DNA from: the human T2T-CHM13v2.0 reference genome, Homo sapiens
Assembly (NCBI RefSeq): GCF_009914755.1
Contig: NC_060931.1
Reading direction: 5' to 3' (one strand)
Length of the DNA stretch: 64,000 nt
Part shown: positions 42,388-56,430 of the stretch, piece by piece
How positions within the stretch are numbered: the stretch's first letter is position 1
Layout of the letters: each line of letters starts with the position of its first letter
Notes under the pieces: generated by a model
Databases searched by the model: none
Told to the model about the DNA's origin: nothing
Seen by the model: the letters and a program-made list of their open reading frames with translations, nothing else
Translations under genes and position numbers: made by a program

Positions 42388-42984
42388 CCTTTTGGCTGGA
42401 ACCAACCATCTTCTGTTAATTTGCCAAAATGATGAACGACAAAGAGAAAAGGGAGAGGCACCTGGTATGTTCTCTAGGCCTTTTAGAAAACATGGACTTG
42501 TTCTTTTGGCCACATACCTGCAAATCTATAAGAAAGATGATATTGGAGACATCAAGGGAATGGGTACTGTTCAGAAAGGAAGCCCCACAAGTGTTACCAT
42601 GGCAAAACTGCAAGAGTCTACGATGTTACTCAGCATGCTGTTGGCATTGTAAACAAACAAGGTCAGGGCACGACTCTTGCCAAGAGAACTAATGTGCGTG
42701 TTGAGCACATTAAGCACTCTTAAGAGCCAAGATAGCTTCCTGAAACATGTGAAGGAAAATGATCAGAAAAAGAAGGAAGCCAAAGAGAAATGTACCAGGG
42801 TTCAGCTGAAGAGCCAGCCTGTTCCCAGAGAAGCACACTTTGTGAGAAGCAGTGGAGAGGAACCTGAGCTGCTGGGGTGTCTCTCCTATGAATCCATGGC
42901 ATGATAGGTGTTAAAAACAAACAAACAAACAAACAAAAAAAACACCAAAACAAGAAAATACTCTGGACTGTGTTTAAAGAAAAA
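42388..42984 (+). pseudogene. RPL21P: Processed pseudogene of ribosomal protein L21 (eL21)
   Basis: Intronless, frameshifted peptides [25 protein letters not shown] and DSFLKHVKENDQKKKEAKEK..VQLK.QP..REAHFVR..EPELL..YE.MA; ATG 42429, stop 42902-42904; pyrimidine 5' leader, A-tail, TSD AAAAAGTGGGGA (42372-42383 / 42985-42996). Confidence 0.95.
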
Positions 42985-44491
42985 AAAAAGTGGGGAGAGT
43001 AAAGGCAACTTACATGGAATCATGGAAGCCTGTTTTTCCTATTTTGCTTGTGCTGGTAAAAATGTTGATACCGGTAGAGTGTGATAAGTTACATATGCTT
43101 ACTGTAGTCCTTAGAGCAGCCATTATGAAAACTGGTATACTCGAGCACTATGAATAAATCAAGGTGGAATTATTAAAAAATTGACATAATCCACAGGAAG
43201 AAAGGAGAAACAGAAGAAACAAAATAACAGAAATAATTAAATGGCAGGCTTAGGCTTGTCATACTAATAATTGGCTTAAATATAGTTGATCTGAATACAC
43301 CAATCAAAGGATAGAGATTGGCACAGTGGTTAAGAAAACATCCAAAACTGTGTTGTTCAAGAAATTCTCTTAAACCAATGACACAGGTAGGTTGAAAGTA
43401 AAGGATGGAAAAAGATATGCCATACAAACATGAATTTAAACAAGAGTGGCCATATTAACATTCAAAAATAATTTCAGAATAAATAAATTAATAAAGACAG
43501 AGGCATAAGGATCAAATAATGAACACATTAGGAAGACATGATGATCCTAAATATGTACACACCAAACAGAACCTCAAGATACATGAAGCAAAAACTGAGC
43601 TGAAAGGAGAAATAAATTTAACAAATACTATATACATATAAATAAATGTAATAAATAACTGAAGTCTTAAACACCATATTCTTAGCAATTAGTAAAACTA
43701 TACACCAAATCAGCAAGAATATAGGACTTACACAATTGACCAACAGAATCTGACATTTAGAACAATTTACCCGAAACAATAGAATACCCTACTTTTTAAG
43801 TGCCCATGGGACATCATAGACATTATTCTGGGCTATAAAATAAAAAACGTAAAAGGATTGAAATCCTACAGAATTTGTTCTGTGGCAATAATGGAATCAA
43901 ACTAAAAATAGTAAAGGCAACAGGAAAATTTCTAAATAACACATTTATAAATCATACGTCAGTCTCAAAGGAAAATATTAAACATAAAAATGAAAATATG
44001 TTATTAAATATGTGGGATGTAGCTTAAAGCAGTCCCAAGAGGGAAATTTATAGCACTGTTATAAATTAAGTTAAAAAGTGGAAAGGTCTCAAGTCAATTT
44101 AAGCTCCTACCTCAAGAAACTAGAAAAGAGCAAAACAAGCCTAAGCAAGCAGAACGAAGAGCAGAAGTCAGTGAAATTGAAAAGAGGAAAAAGAAAAATC
44201 ATAAAAATCATAAAAAGTTATTTCTTTGAAAAGATCAATGAAATTTAGCAAGACTGACACAGATAAAAAGGAATAAGACCCAAATCAGTGAACAGGAATG
44301 AAATAGAGGATATCACTACAGAGGCTGCAGCCATTGAAAGGATAATTAGGAAATCCCACAGATAACTTTGTGCTCATAAATTTGACAATGTAGAGGAAAT
44401 ATCTTTAGTTTTAATTAGCTTTTTATTTTAGTTTTTCTCAAAAACTAAAACTTAATAAAACTCAACCAAGACAAAATAGACAATCAGAATG

Positions 44492-45129
<638 letters not shown>

Positions 45130-45270
45130 TAATGTTAAAGCCATTAAAGAAATTGAATTCTTAATTGAAATGCTCCCTTAAAAAAGAAAAAATCTCTGGG
45201 TCCAGATGGTTTCACTGGACAATTTACCAACATTTAAAGAAGAATTAACACCACTTTTATTCAGTCTCTT

Positions 45271-45312
45271 CTAGAAAACAGGAGAGAAGACCTAGAAAAC
45301 AGGAGAGAAGAC
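45271..45312 (+). repeat. Perfect 21-bp tandem duplication
   Basis: CTAGAAAACAGGAGAGAAGAC x2. Confidence 0.95.
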
Positions 45313-46609
45313 CTACAAAGTCATTTTGTGAGTCTAGTATTACCCTGACAGCAAAATCAGAGACAGCAAAAAAGAAACTCCACAGTTCAGTATCGCTCAT
45401 GAACTTAAAGGCAATGATCCTCAAGAAAATATTAGCAAATCAAATAGAGTAATTAATAAAAAATATTTAACATGACCAAATGAGATTTATGCCAGCCATG
45501 CAAGACTGGTTCAACGTTCGAAAATCTATGCCACCCACCATATCAACAGACCAAAGAAAAATCAGTATCTATCAGTTGACCTATAAAAAGCATCTGACAA
45601 AATCCAACATTCATTCATGATTAAAAATTCAGAAAACTAGCAATAAAGAACTTTCTCAACTAAAGAGCATCTAACAAAAGCCTTCTCCAGCTAAGACCAT
45701 ACTTCATGATGAAAGATGGAATGTCTTTCCTCTCAGGTTGGGAACAAGGCCAGGATGTTCAGTCTTACCTTTGCTGTCCAAAACAGTAGTACTAAAAGAT
45801 ATCCAGACCAAAAAGGAGGAGCAAAACAGTCCCAGTTTACGGATTACATCATTGTTTATCCTAAGAAATCTAGAAAAAAAACTTCTTGAACTGAGGAGTT
45901 CAACATAGTTGCTGCATACAGGATCAACACAAAAACCATGTTTCTATACCCTAACAAAAAATATGCAGAAACTGAAATTAAAAACACAATGCCATTTATG
46001 TTCTAAAAATTGTGAAAAAGATACAAACTTCAACATGTGTAGGATATTTGTGCTGAAAATTACAAAACTGATTAAACAAATCAGAGGACCCAAATGTTGC
46101 CACAAACCATATTGACATACTGGAATATTCAACACGGTAAATGTGTCAGTTCTCCCTGAATTATCGTAGCTTTTATGCAGTTCCTATATAAAATCCCAGC
46201 AAAGATTTTTGGTAGATACATAAAAAGGTTATTGAAAAACCTGTATGGAAAGGCATAGGCCCCAGAATAACTAAAACGATCTAGTAAAAGAATAAAGCAG
46301 TTGGAATCACTCTACTGATATTAAAGCTTTCCCTTATAGTGATAGTAATCAAGATACACAGATCAATGCGGTGGAACAGAGAACTAAAAAAATACATAAA
46401 TATGCCAAATTAATTTTTGACAAAGGTGAAAAAGCAATTCACTGATAGATTATTCTTCTTAACAAATGGTGTTGGAGCAGAAATTGGACATCCATAGACG
46501 AAATGATCAACCTTGATCTAAATTTTATATTTTATACAAAATTAACTCAAAATAGATTATGGACATAAATGTAAAATTGTAAAACTCTTAGGCAAAAAAG
46601 GAGAAAGTT

Positions 46610-46910
<301 letters not shown>

Positions 46911-48036
46911 GGAAGTCTTCAGAATCCAGAACTAAGCAATAAGTTCTTAGTCTTTACACCAAAATCACAATCCATAAAAGAAAAACTTGGTAAGTTAGAA
47001 CCAGTTAAAGACTTTTTCTCCATGAAAGAGCATATTAAGAGGATGGAAAGACAAGGTACATACTAGTAGAAAATATTTTCATCTGTCTGCCAAGAGACTA
47101 ATACCTAGAATATGTAAAGAACTTTCAAAATTCAATAGGAAAAAACAATCCAGTTGGAAAATGGACAAAAGACATCAACAGACTTTTCACCAAAGAGGAT
47201 ATTTAAGTGGCAAATAATCACAGAAAAAGACATTCATTCAGTATTACTAGCCATTAGGGAAATGGAAATTAAAGCCATAGGGAGAAAACTTCTGCTAAAT
47301 GGCTGAAAAAAAAAAAAAAAGCACCAAATGTTGGTGAAGATGCAGAGAAACATTGCTCATACATTGCTAGTGGGAATGTAAAATGGTACAGCCACTCTAG
47401 AAAACAGTTTGGCGGTTTCTTATAAAACTAAACGTAGAACTATGATACAACTTGGCAAGTGTACTCTTGGATAGTTATCTCAGAGAAATGAACACATAAT
47501 CATGCAAAAACCTGTACACCAATGCTTAGAGAAGCTTTATTTATAATAAATACCCCTACACAGGAAACAGCCCAGATGTCCTTCAGTGAACGCATTATTG
47601 AACCACAGTACTTCTGTATCATGATTACTTCTCACAATAAAAAGGGCCAAAGTATTGATGCACCTACTGTGAATCTCCACATCGAGTGATAAAAAGCCTA
47701 TTCTAAAAGGTTATATGTTGTATAATTCCATTGATGTAATATTTATGAAATGACAAAATTCTAGAACTGGATTAGTGGCTTCCAGTGGCTAAAGAGCAGA
47801 AGAGAGTAGGACGGACATGGATGTGGCTAATGAAAGAGTGACATGTGGGATCCTTGTGGTGGTGGAAATACTCTATCTTGGCTGTATCGATGTCAATAAT
47901 CTGTATGTGGTATTGCACTAGCTGTTCAAAGTGTCATTGTTGTGGGAAACTTGGTCAAGGGTGAATGGGATCTCTGTAGTATTTCTTACAACTGCTTGTG
48001 AATCTGTAATTATCTCTTAATAAAAAGTTTAATTAA

Positions 48037-48540
48037 ATATGAATGGACTGACTTCTATTAGAAGACAAGATTGGAAAGTGCCTTAAAATACAGGTGATAA
48101 CAAGTAACTCTTCAATTGTTAAAGGGGAAGATGAAAGTGAAGAGATGGGCAAAAAGATACCATACAAACAAAAAACAGAATGGCAGTGTTGATATCAGAT
48201 CAGTTGAGACTAACAGTTGAAAGCAGTAAACATATTACGGACATATTATTGATAAAAGACATTTATGAAGAGGATAAACCGTGAAGGTGTACAGACACTA
48301 AACCATAGTTGCTAAACACATACAACCAAAAAAAAAAAAAAAAAAACTAGAAATGCATGTATATTTTCACTAAGTTTAGTTAGATCAAACAAAGCAATAA
48401 AAGGAATATTTTGTACCAAAGCCTATGGACACAGTGAAAACTGTGTGCAGGGGAAAAAATCTACAGAATTAAATGTCTTCAGGATTAGAGAATACAAAGT
48501 AAAAAGTGAACAATGAAACTCCCTACATGTTCAATTTTAA
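48037..48540 (+). mobile_element. Older L1M fragment (start of ORF2/endonuclease region)
   Basis: AAATATGAATGGACTGACTTCTATTAGAAGACAAGATTGG, ATGGGCAAAAAGATACCAT, TTGATATCAGA. Confidence 0.6.
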
Positions 48541-48544
48541 AAAA

Positions 48545-48690
48545 TGTTTTAAAAATGGTGGTAAAATATATCCTAATTTTTCATCTGAATCATTAAGTAT
48601 ACAGTTCAGTAGCATCAAATACGTTCACATTGTCGTGCATCTAGTCTCCACAGCTACTTTTATCTTGGAAAGCTGAAGCTCTGTACCTAG
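48545..48690 (-). mobile_element. L1MA/MB 3' terminal fragment
   Basis: TAAGTATACAGTTCAGTAGCATCAAATACGTTCACATTGT...CTGAAGCTCTGTACC. Confidence 0.7.
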
Positions 48691-50817
48691 CTCAGGATCC
48701 AATTTTTTTTCTCGTTAGTTGTATAAGAAAATTCCGACTTACTTAAGTAGTGGCAGTTATTAGCTTTTGAGAACAGTTTCTCTTGCAGTTTCAAGATGTG
48801 CTTTGCTTATGTTGATATGGAAGCTTAAAAGAAGAATTGTAGACAGTTTATTTCCAGGCTGAATAAAAATGTGACAGTTGCTCTTGTTATCATAAATAGA
48901 AGATACCCCAAAATTTGCAACAAATGTTAAAACTGCATTACCATTCTCAGAATAGGTGGATATCGTGTTCTTCTTCGTTGTTGCTGGACTGGACGTAATG
49001 GCATGCTGATAGCACGTTTCAATCAGATGGGCCTGAGCCCTGTCTAGTGTATAATTTACCTTTTCATATATACTGCAGGAGTGTCCCTGGTAGTAAGTTC
49101 TGAGAGAATGAACGTAAAAGTTCAGCAGTCCTAAATTCAGAAAATGATGAGTGGTGAGCCTTTGTAGTTAATGACATGATTACTGCCAGTCTTACTGTTG
49201 TACAGTAATAACAAGAGATGCTTCATTTCCAGGTCCACACAAGCACAAATTGACCTACCACACAGGGTAGTGCTTTGGGGACAACTTATGTAAAAATCTG
49301 AATAGTACCCATCTGATTATGACTGTTGTGCTTTATTACAGATTTTAAAACATATTGCAAGAAGTTAAGCGTTTATAGAAGTCTTTGAAGTCTTGTTGTA
49401 GAACTTCGGGTCTCCACGGAATGTGGTTTGATCACTGCTGCATTGAAGTACACAGAGGGCATGTTATTAGGAACTGCATTTTGGATTTGGAGGATTTTAT
49501 TTTCAGATAACTTATGGATTTTATAGTGAAAATGCTTATGCTGATACCTATTTCCTGGTTTCTCTGGGACCTGACTTCTTCCAGATAAATAATATCTTCA
49601 AAAGAATACATTGAAAAAAGATATTGGGACATGACATATGTTAGGAAACAAAAAGAGACTGAACTAACCTTTTAATATAAACGTAGTATGTCAGCAAACC
49701 AAAGTAGCTGTCATTAAGAGATGAGAATTTCCTGAAAAAAATTACGTAAAATCCTACTCAGTGATATTAACACATTAAATATATTTAACTTAGACATTCT
49801 TACAATAAGCATGATTTGCAATGCCATTTTATTTAAATGGCAGAGAAACCCCACCATTCAATAACATGAGTTATCTTTTTTTCCAGGAAATTATTTCTGA
49901 TTTGAAGATGGGAGTATAGTAACATATCAGGGCTTGTAACATGTTTTCAGAAACCCAAATTCCAGGATGGTGGCACGGCTGAAAAGACTCCTCAGCGTTA
50001 TCTGTTTTCCCAGGCGATGCCTTGCCGTCTCTTTCCTGTTTCAGTGCTTCTCTAGAGTATTTCCTCCTCAGTAGTAAATAATGTTGTTCCATGAAATTTG
50101 AGATTTTTCATATTGAATAGCTTCTCGCAGTAATGTTTGATCCTTTATGATGCAGGTCACCCCATCTAGATGACACAGCTTGGGCTGCCGTGACATTGGT
50201 AGTCAGGCGTTCAGTCTGTTGGAATTGCAGTGTCATCACCCACTGCAGTTATTCGGTTCTTGTTTTCTGTCTTTTAAGCATAATAATTAAAACAGTTCTT
50301 TTAGAATAACCCCATTGTTAGATGTTTCTGGCACTTGTACTCCTGGATAAAATGTTTTTGGGTCTAATTTTTAAGATTTAGAGTCTCAGTTTTTCCACAT
50401 TGCAACTTGTGATACTGCATCCTCTTCTGCTTAAAATCTTTCAGGGAGGTTCCTACTGTCTTAAGAATAAATTTCAGACTCCTGTGCATGCACAAATGCT
50501 GCTCATAATAAAGCTGATTGTGCCCTGCATGTGGGCACCAGCGAGAAGAGGAGTCCTGCCAGCTTGTCTGCAGCTCTGGGGCTGGTTTCGGTGGGTGGGG
50601 ACCTTTCCCCTTCACTGAGAGGTGTCACCTGGGCTAGTGGAGCTCCTGTGAGCCTCCGTGCAAGGCTGTTCATCTAGCTTCACTTTCTTCCTAGGCTTGT
50701 CTCTCCTTCCTGCCAGCACTACAACGTACGTATGGTCCTGATCGATGAAGCTACTTCAGATTCCACAAGTGTGCTGTGCTTTCTGGTGCCCTTGTGGTAA
50801 TAACAATAGAGTTAACA

Positions 50818-51102
50818 TTTATTTATTTTTAATTTTTTTAATAGTCAAGGTCTCACTCTGTCACCCAGGCTGGAGCTCAGTGATGTGATCATGACTCAGC
50901 TGCAGCCTCCAACTCGTGCTCAGGCAGTCCTCCTACCTTAGCCTTCTGCACCCCCACACCTGGCTAATTTAGTTTCTTTTTTTTTTTTGGTGTGTGTGTG
51001 TATGTGTGTTTGTGTGTGTGTGTATATATGTATACATATATATATATACACGTATATATATGTGTGTGTGTATATATGTATATATGTATACATATATATG
51101 TA

Positions 51103-51176
<74 letters not shown>

Positions 51177-51294
51177 GTATAGCAGTGTTTTGCTATGTTG
51201 CCCAGGCTGGTCTCGAACTCCTGGGCTCAAGTGATCCTCCTGATTCTGCCTCCCAAAGTGCTAGAATTATAGGCATGAGCTACTGTACCCAGCC
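50818..51294 (-). mobile_element. AluJ element whose linker contains a TG/TA microsatellite
   Basis: Right arm 50845-50970, left arm 51176-51294, separated by T-run, RY repeat and T-run. Confidence 0.9.
50990..51142. repeat. Compound (TG)n/(TA)n/(CA) alternating purine-pyrimidine repeat
   Basis: ~150 nt almost uninterrupted RY alternation, followed by a >30-nt T run. Confidence 0.95.
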
Positions 51295-52339
51295 CTGAGA
51301 GAATTATTTATTCTCCTCCTTCTCTGCTAAACTAATTGGAGAGAGTTTCACTTCATACACCAAAGTCTGCAGTTAAATTCTTGCTGTTCCCTGAAAGACT
51401 TTGCATCTTCGTGCTTCTGTTGGTTGCCCATGCCATTCCCTCTGCTTGCTTTCACTGCCTCTTGCATCCAGACGTTAGCCGGTTAAGTGGAGTTGTACTT
51501 GATGCCACTTCTTCCAAGAACTCTTCTCCAGTTGCACAAACCAGATTTTTTTTTATATTCTTTTAGCAATTTTGTAGTACTCTGACAACACTTGGCACAT
51601 ATCTTCTTATACTCTTTTGTATATGGAGCAGTATTTTTATAGGTGAAAGAGTCTAATTTTGCATTATTAGTGTATATATGATATGTTGGATACCAGTTGG
51701 AGATCTGGTGATGTCATAAAGCTGTTGGTCTTACTATGCGTTTCCCAGAAGTACCTGATGAAGTTGGAACAAAATAACTTTTCACCTATTCTCTGATTAC
51801 TACAGTCAAGGCTCCAGAACCCTAGCCATTGGGCTCAAATGTGCCGTTGAAGGTGATTTTCTGTTCCTAGATATTTTCAACCTCCCTGTTTCATTTCTGA
51901 CCAATTTTTAGGGCCAGAGGCTAATCCACTAGAACAATATTTCCCTGTGGCATGGTTTTTAATTTTGTTCTGAATTTAGTTTATATTCCTAAGTGGCTTT
52001 ACAAGTTTTTTCTCCCCATGCCCTCAGAGGAAGTTATGTTCTTCTGAACCTTCTGGGTACCATTTTAGTAAATTAAGAATTCAGTTCACTGAATGCTACC
52101 CCTGTGGCCTGAAAGAGTTAATACAAGTTTCTTAAGTACTTTATTAATTCTCAGGGAATAATTTATGCACTAGAGCGTGGCTTAGTATCGAGCCAGTTAC
52201 AAACACATTAAATATGTTTTTTTTTTCCTTTTGTGTAGTAAGTCTCTGAAAATAAGTGGAGGTTCACTTTAAGTGTAAGTATTTTGCTTCCTAAGTACTT
52301 AAATATGTATAATTCCACAATGAGAGAAGGAGTATTATA

Positions 52340-52669
52340 ACAGAGGATGAGGTGGATTCAGGTCCTAGCTCAGCCCTGCACTTCTGTGAGGCCTTGGTGT
52401 GTTTACCTCCCTAAATGTCTCTCACCTCTAAAGTGGGGACGATGTTTACATCACAGACAGCAAAGCTCAATGATGATGCACTTAGGTTTTAATGCATAGC
52501 CCAGGCTTACTGCTTGGGTTTGATTCTTGGCTTCACTACTTGATAACTGTGTGATCCGAGGCAATTTTATTACCCTCTCTGACTCAGCTTTTTCCACTGT
52601 AAGCTGGAATAATGCTAGTACCTGACTCACAGTTGTTACGAAGGTAAGTGTGCAGTAAATGTGAGCCAT
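52340..52669 (+). mobile_element. Two adjacent MIR fragments
   Basis: GGGTTTGATTCTTGGCTTCACTACTTGATAACTGTGTGA...CCTCTCTGACTCAGCTTTT...CTAGTACCTGACTCACAG. Confidence 0.7.
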
Positions 52670-53038
52670 TCATATACATCATGGACTACTATGCAGCCAT
52701 AAAAAGGAACAAAATCATGTCATTTGTAGCAAGGTGGGTGCAGCTGGAGGTTGTTAGTGAATTAACACAGGAGCAGAAAACCGAAAACAACATGTTCTCG
52801 TAAGGGAGAACTAAACATCGAGTGCATATGGACATAAAGATGGGAACAGTAGACACTTGAGACTACTAGAGCGGGAGGGAGGAAGATGCAGGGCAGTGAA
52901 AACCTACCTGTTGGGTACTATGCCCACTACCTGGGCTATGGGATCGTCTGCACCCCAAACCTCAGCATCATTTAGTATCCCCATGTAACCTGTGTATGTA
53001 CCCCCAAATCTGAAATAAAAGTTGAAATTGTTTTTCAA
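52670..53038 (+). mobile_element. 5'-truncated L1PB/old L1PA 3' end
   Basis: ATGGACTACTATGCAGCCATAAAAAGGAACAAAATCATGTC...CCCCAAACCTCAGCATCA...AAATAAAAGTTGAAA; degenerate TSD ATGTGAGCCATT / AAGTGAGCTGTT. Confidence 0.88.
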
Positions 53039-53856
53039 AAAGTGAGCTGTTATTTTTTTTAAATACTCATTTGGAGGACTTTCTGAGCTGATCAAGTGAA
53101 ATAAAATAAAAAGTGCCAAGTACTATGCCTGGAACATGGCAGCAAACAGTGAATAGAGGATGACTTTTGCTTTTATTAACTACTTAAGGTTTATCTATAG
53201 CAAGTTCCAGTCTTAAGATGCACATGTGAAAAGCTGCCTGTCACATGAAAGAGTTTGATGCCATGTAGCTTGTCATGTTGTCAGACTCTGTCCCTGGAGT
53301 GTGCCCCTCACGTTTTTGTGCATGTCACTGTGGCATTTATGTGACTGGTCTGCGCTTCTTTCTCCTTTTTACCCCTTTGGCTGCAGGATGTTGAAGTGCA
53401 CTTCAGTTTTGTCGTTCTCATTTCCCTTCTGGATTCTTGCTCCTCTCCTACTTCTGCTGCCTCCTTCCTCAGTCCCCCATTGCCTTCAGCTGCCCTGTGG
53501 TTGCAGTTTAAAAAAAAAACAACAAAAAAAACACAACAAAACAAACACACAACAGCCTATTTAGATGTATACCTTTGACTTTATGAGGGCTGTGGTTTTG
53601 TGGGAAGAGCAGGGTCTCACCCTTATTAGACTGTGGTTCATAATCACTTAAAGAGAACGTCATTCTTGGAGTTACTCATCTGAAAAAGAAGCCTGCTCCT
53701 CCAACTGGAAGGGGAATGGGGCTGGGGAGGGAGGGGGTTACTGTTGGATGGAACTGTGCTTGGCTATTGGACCTGAGTGACTGAACACAGTGTCCATGAA
53801 GGAGCTGGCTAGGCATGTGTTCTGCGGGGACCAGCCTTGTGAGGGCAGAGGACTAA

Positions 53857-54223
<367 letters not shown>

Positions 54224-55569
54224 TAAGAGTACATGTGTCTTAAGACCACATCCTGGATTGGTAGATACAGAAGGTTTACTCCTTGGGCAGTGCTGGACTC
54301 TTGATGAAGTAGCAGGTAGAGGATGAAGTTTGGGGACTTTGTGCCTCTCACATTTATGCCTGCTTTTTAATGTAGCCCAATAACAAAAGGTCATGCTATT
54401 GGTGATGGGTGGGTAAGGTACCTACTAACAGTAAGTTTAGCTTAGGGAGAGGTAAGCCATTTTAAGTCTATCAGTATATAATGGATCACAGAAGGAGAGA
54501 GTGGGAGACACTCAGTCTATCAGAAAACATAGGATGGATGTGCCACAGAGGAAGAAGTTGTCACTTAACAATGAGTGTGGAAAAAAACAAAGTTTATCAG
54601 TGTCTGTGTGGGCGTTATTTATTTGGGGACAGCATCCTAAGGCAGGCATATTCCCACAGTGGAAATGGATGTGGTGTGATGCCATGAACTTGTGAAGCAA
54701 GTGAGTCCCTTTGTTGTGATTCCAAATTTACTCAGCACATAACTGATTATTATCTGCTCCCCAGTGTAGTTGTAGTGGGACAGATTACATTGCCCAGAAG
54801 AGTTCAGTATTCAGTCTTCTTGGTGGTTATTTTGTTGTAAATTAATAATACTGATAGTATGTCATTTTGCTTTTTATAATTGATTGTCTTTAACTTTGCC
54901 CTGAGGCATTTTTCCTAATCAACTCTAGACCATGATAGAGCCTTTGGGCCACAAGACTAACAGTCTTACCTTGAACCACCAGTCAGTGAGGTGTTTGGGA
55001 AAACCTTTTCCTGGTGATGTCTCATCTTTTCCTTCTACAGTCACCAATGTCATATTTACTGTGTTAAGATGCTAGGCTTTGTATTGGCTTGTTTACTTCT
55101 CACGATTTATCTTGCAGTATGATAGTTTGTGTGACACTGAAAAAAATTAGTAGGACTGTTAAAATAGTTTTTTCCCCCCATTAAAAGTAGAATGACACCG
55201 TTTTGCTTCTGAAGAATTTGGCTTTAACTGGTTTATATTTTGAGCTGGGTATTAAAGGAGAATTATGGTAGGGTAAACACAATTAGTGACATCTGGTTAC
55301 CCCAAGAATCAATAATATCTGATACTACATACATAAATAGATATCTATGTTGTGATAATATATCTTAGTTTCACTGGGTAAAACTAGAAGAATAAAAAAT
55401 TTGAAAACAGCTTGGTTACTGACTAAGCTGCAGCAGTTCTGAGAGCCTACTGTTGTCATTTTTAATGGGCAGCCTTGTACTTCCATAGATTGGTTAATCT
55501 TAAAGGCCAGATGGTAGTTGTATTGTAATTTCATAAAGATTTTATGTCCTATGTTTTGCTTTCAACTAG

Positions 55570-56430
55570 AAGCATGAGAATTTAGGAAAGTTATATTGAG
55601 ACATATAAATAATAAAAATTGGTGAATCATTTTACCTAACAGTTTATTGATATTACTCAACACAAGGAGAAAAATTAGAAAATGGACCTTAACACCACTG
55701 TCTACTATGAAGACAGTATAGAGGAGGCAGGAAAAACAGAAAGCACACAATAACATGATAGCTATAAATTCAAGTGTCAGTAATTACAATAAATGTAAAT
55801 AGACTAGAGGATTCTGCTAAAAGACACGTCAGATTGGATTAAAAACATCTGAGATACTAGGTTTACAAGAAGCATATCTAAAAACAAAGATACAGAAGGC
55901 AAAATAATGGAAAATTTTATTTCAGGCTCACTTTAAGCAAAATAAAGCTGGTGTAACATGTTGATATCAGACAACATAGAAATCAAGGCAAAAGGCATTA
56001 GAGATGAAGAGGATCACTGCACAGTGGTAAAAGGTTCAGTTGAGATATACGTACATATTATATAAAGCAAAAATATACAGAAACAAGAAAAATAGCTGAA
56101 TGCACAATCCTAGTGGGAAGTTAACATACCTTTCTGAATAGTACAACTTGCAGACAGAAATCTTAGGATATGGAAGACTTAAAGAACATGATCAATGAAC
56201 AAATCTGACCTCATGGACATTCATAGAATGTTACAGTTCCTGTATAATCCATTCTTTTCAAGCACATGGAGCATCTGACATTGATTACATATAGGAATAT
56301 AAAGCAAGTATTGATAAATTTCAAATGATTGAAATCATGTAGAGTATTTTTCTTACGGAATTATAGAAGGAATCAACCAAAAGATAACAGGAAAATCCTT
56401 GTATGTCAATAAATTAAGAAGTATATTTCT
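55570..56430 (+). mobile_element. Ancient L1M fragment (ORF2 endonuclease region)
   Basis: TCAGTAATTACAATAAATGTAAATAGACTA, AAAGCTGGTGTAAC..GATATCAGACAA, CATTCTTTTCAAGCACATGGA. Confidence 0.75.

Noticed and set aside
42377-42904. RPL21-like ORFs as a functional gene
   Set aside because: Homology is split across frames with many substitutions, no introns, and a tail plus TSD: a processed pseudogene.
50964-51298. Cys/Val/Tyr/Ile-rich ORFs
   Set aside because: Translations of the TG/TA repeat and Alu.
51700-51765. Possible C/D box snoRNA (GTGATGT...CTGA)
   Set aside because: Box C is imperfect, there is no terminal stem and no guide complementarity was recognised.
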